The notes under the pieces were generated by a model, which saw only the letters and a program-made list of their open reading frames with translations, was not told where the DNA came from and did not search any database. From Raja brachyura (taxonomy: Eukaryota), in the NCBI GenBank assembly GCA_963514005.1, contig OY740783.1, forward strand, positions 73,284,001-73,348,000: a stretch of 64,000 nt of DNA. Reading direction: 5' to 3'. A program made the position numbers and the translations under genes. Positions within the stretch are counted from its first letter, which is position 1. The number at the start of each line of letters is the position of its first letter. Positions 62,476 to 64,000 of this stretch are shown here, piece by piece.

Positions 62476-64000
62476 TAAGTTGATATGTTTATTGTGCAGC
62501 TAGTAGAGCCAGGGACTGTTACATTATTAGTAAGGTAGATTTTTTTTAGAGGGCGATAGATGGAGGGGACCGCGTTCATAACAAAGAATTGGGATGCAAC
62601 TGCAGTCAGTGTAAGAATTGTTCTATTGTGTTAACAATGGTTAATTGTATAAGCCGGTCTATCATACAATCACAATTTTAAATTTTTAAGAGGGCCAAAA
62701 GAGATTAATTACATGTCAGGCTTGTTTGTAATTTTTGGTCTTGGAGAAAGTTTTTCGGTTGTTATTTTTGCCTATTTTAAAAAAACCTAAAAATGCATTT
62801 ATCAATATTTCTTCTTTCCCCCCCCCAGTAAATTGTAAATGTGAGAGCATGGCAGGTTTTGCAATTAGGGATGGACAACAAATGCTGACAATGCCAGCGA
62901 TAAATAAAATGGAACTAAAATTGGAAATGACAATACATGCAATACATGCAAATTTAAACACTGCTTCGTGCTTTTTTAAAAATATTTTGTTTATTTCTCA
63001 CCAAGTTTTTTCCTGCAAATAATGTGCTTTGGAGTGTGGTTTATTCACAATATCCACATTTCCATGGTTACGGTCGTAAAGCAAAATACTTGGATGACAT
63101 TATAAAATAAAACAATTCTCCATTTTACTAGTATTATGCAAAAATATTCTATTTGGAATTTGGATGTTTTTCATTTACCATAGATTAAAATTGAATAGGT
63201 TTTTTTTTCACATTGAGCCAAACAGCATCCTTTCAAATAATGTTAATGAGTGAATCTGACATTGAATAGCCAAATAGAAAATAGTGATCACTAAATGTTT
63301 TGTTTCAGAAGATGCTTTGCTTTATCTTTATACTTTGGGCAGCTCTTAAGATATCAAATATTTTCTGGAAATGAACACAACCAAAGAGTTTTTAAAATGC
63401 TCTTTTAGACATTCAAATCTAATTTCTGCTTTGATTTCTCTCTTAACATTTGATATCCAATGCACACATTGAGTTCATTTTATTTCCATCTACTTCGGTA
63501 AAGGTTCAGTTACATAGCCCTGGGAAAAGGTATCACACACCATTTTAGGTAATGGAAATAATCAGTTTCAAAGAGAAAAACCATTGTTCTTTTTGTAATG
63601 TTAAAGGCAGGAAGTCTCCTCATGCTAGTACTGAGCAACAACCTTATCCCGTAAGAAAGACAAGGAGTCAAGGTTCCATAATCCAGTACCTCTTGTTCAA
63701 GTCCGTTGTCCTCTGTTGCTGCAGAACACAAGGTCAGCAGCAGCTTGTGCACATTTGCATAAGCAACTCTGTCTCCAGCAGAATAGTCTTAAGGATTCAA
63801 CAACATGTAAAATATCAACATAAAATATGCAGTATAGAGTAAGAGCATAATCCTAAAATAACATGGAAGGTGTAAGATAATGGCCGAATACATAGCAGAG
63901 ATGATAGTCCAATGAAAAATGCTGACAGAAAACAAGAGGGAGAAAGCAATGCACATTAAATGGTAAGAAAGACAATGTTGTTTGGTAAATAGGCAAGTAG

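Overview
Eukaryotic vertebrate genomic DNA, most likely from a cartilaginous fish (skate/ray-like; inferred from the V-SINE/CR1/Penelope repeat complement and the protein divergence). The window holds the last four coding exons and 3' UTR of KANK1 (+, 500-~8530), a ~49 kb repeat-dense intergenic region, and the CpG-island promoter plus exons 1-2 of DMRT1 (+, ATG 57516). This is the conserved vertebrate KANK1-DMRT1 order. Almost all long ORFs in the track are retroelement remnants (CR1, Rex1/Babar, RTE, Vingi-like, Penelope GIY-YIG, Gypsy integrase) or their antisense shadows. Most notable observations: (1) a compact Gypsy LTR element 4 kb upstream of DMRT1 whose primer-binding site extends 35 nt into tRNA-Leu, past the normal m1A58 stop, and is joined almost directly to the integrase 3' end; (2) many Penelope-like termini carrying a minimal hammerhead-ribozyme motif, often as fold-back pairs; (3) a twin-priming-like micro-inversion that splits a GIY-YIG motif; (4) recurrent locally templated filler DNA at CR1 5' junctions, and multi-layer nested insertions; (5) a non-autonomous Helitron carrying two minisatellites and a TATA/Inr cassette. 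Family assignments come from motif recognition by eye, not database searches, and repeat boundaries are approximate unless a TSD or TIR is cited.
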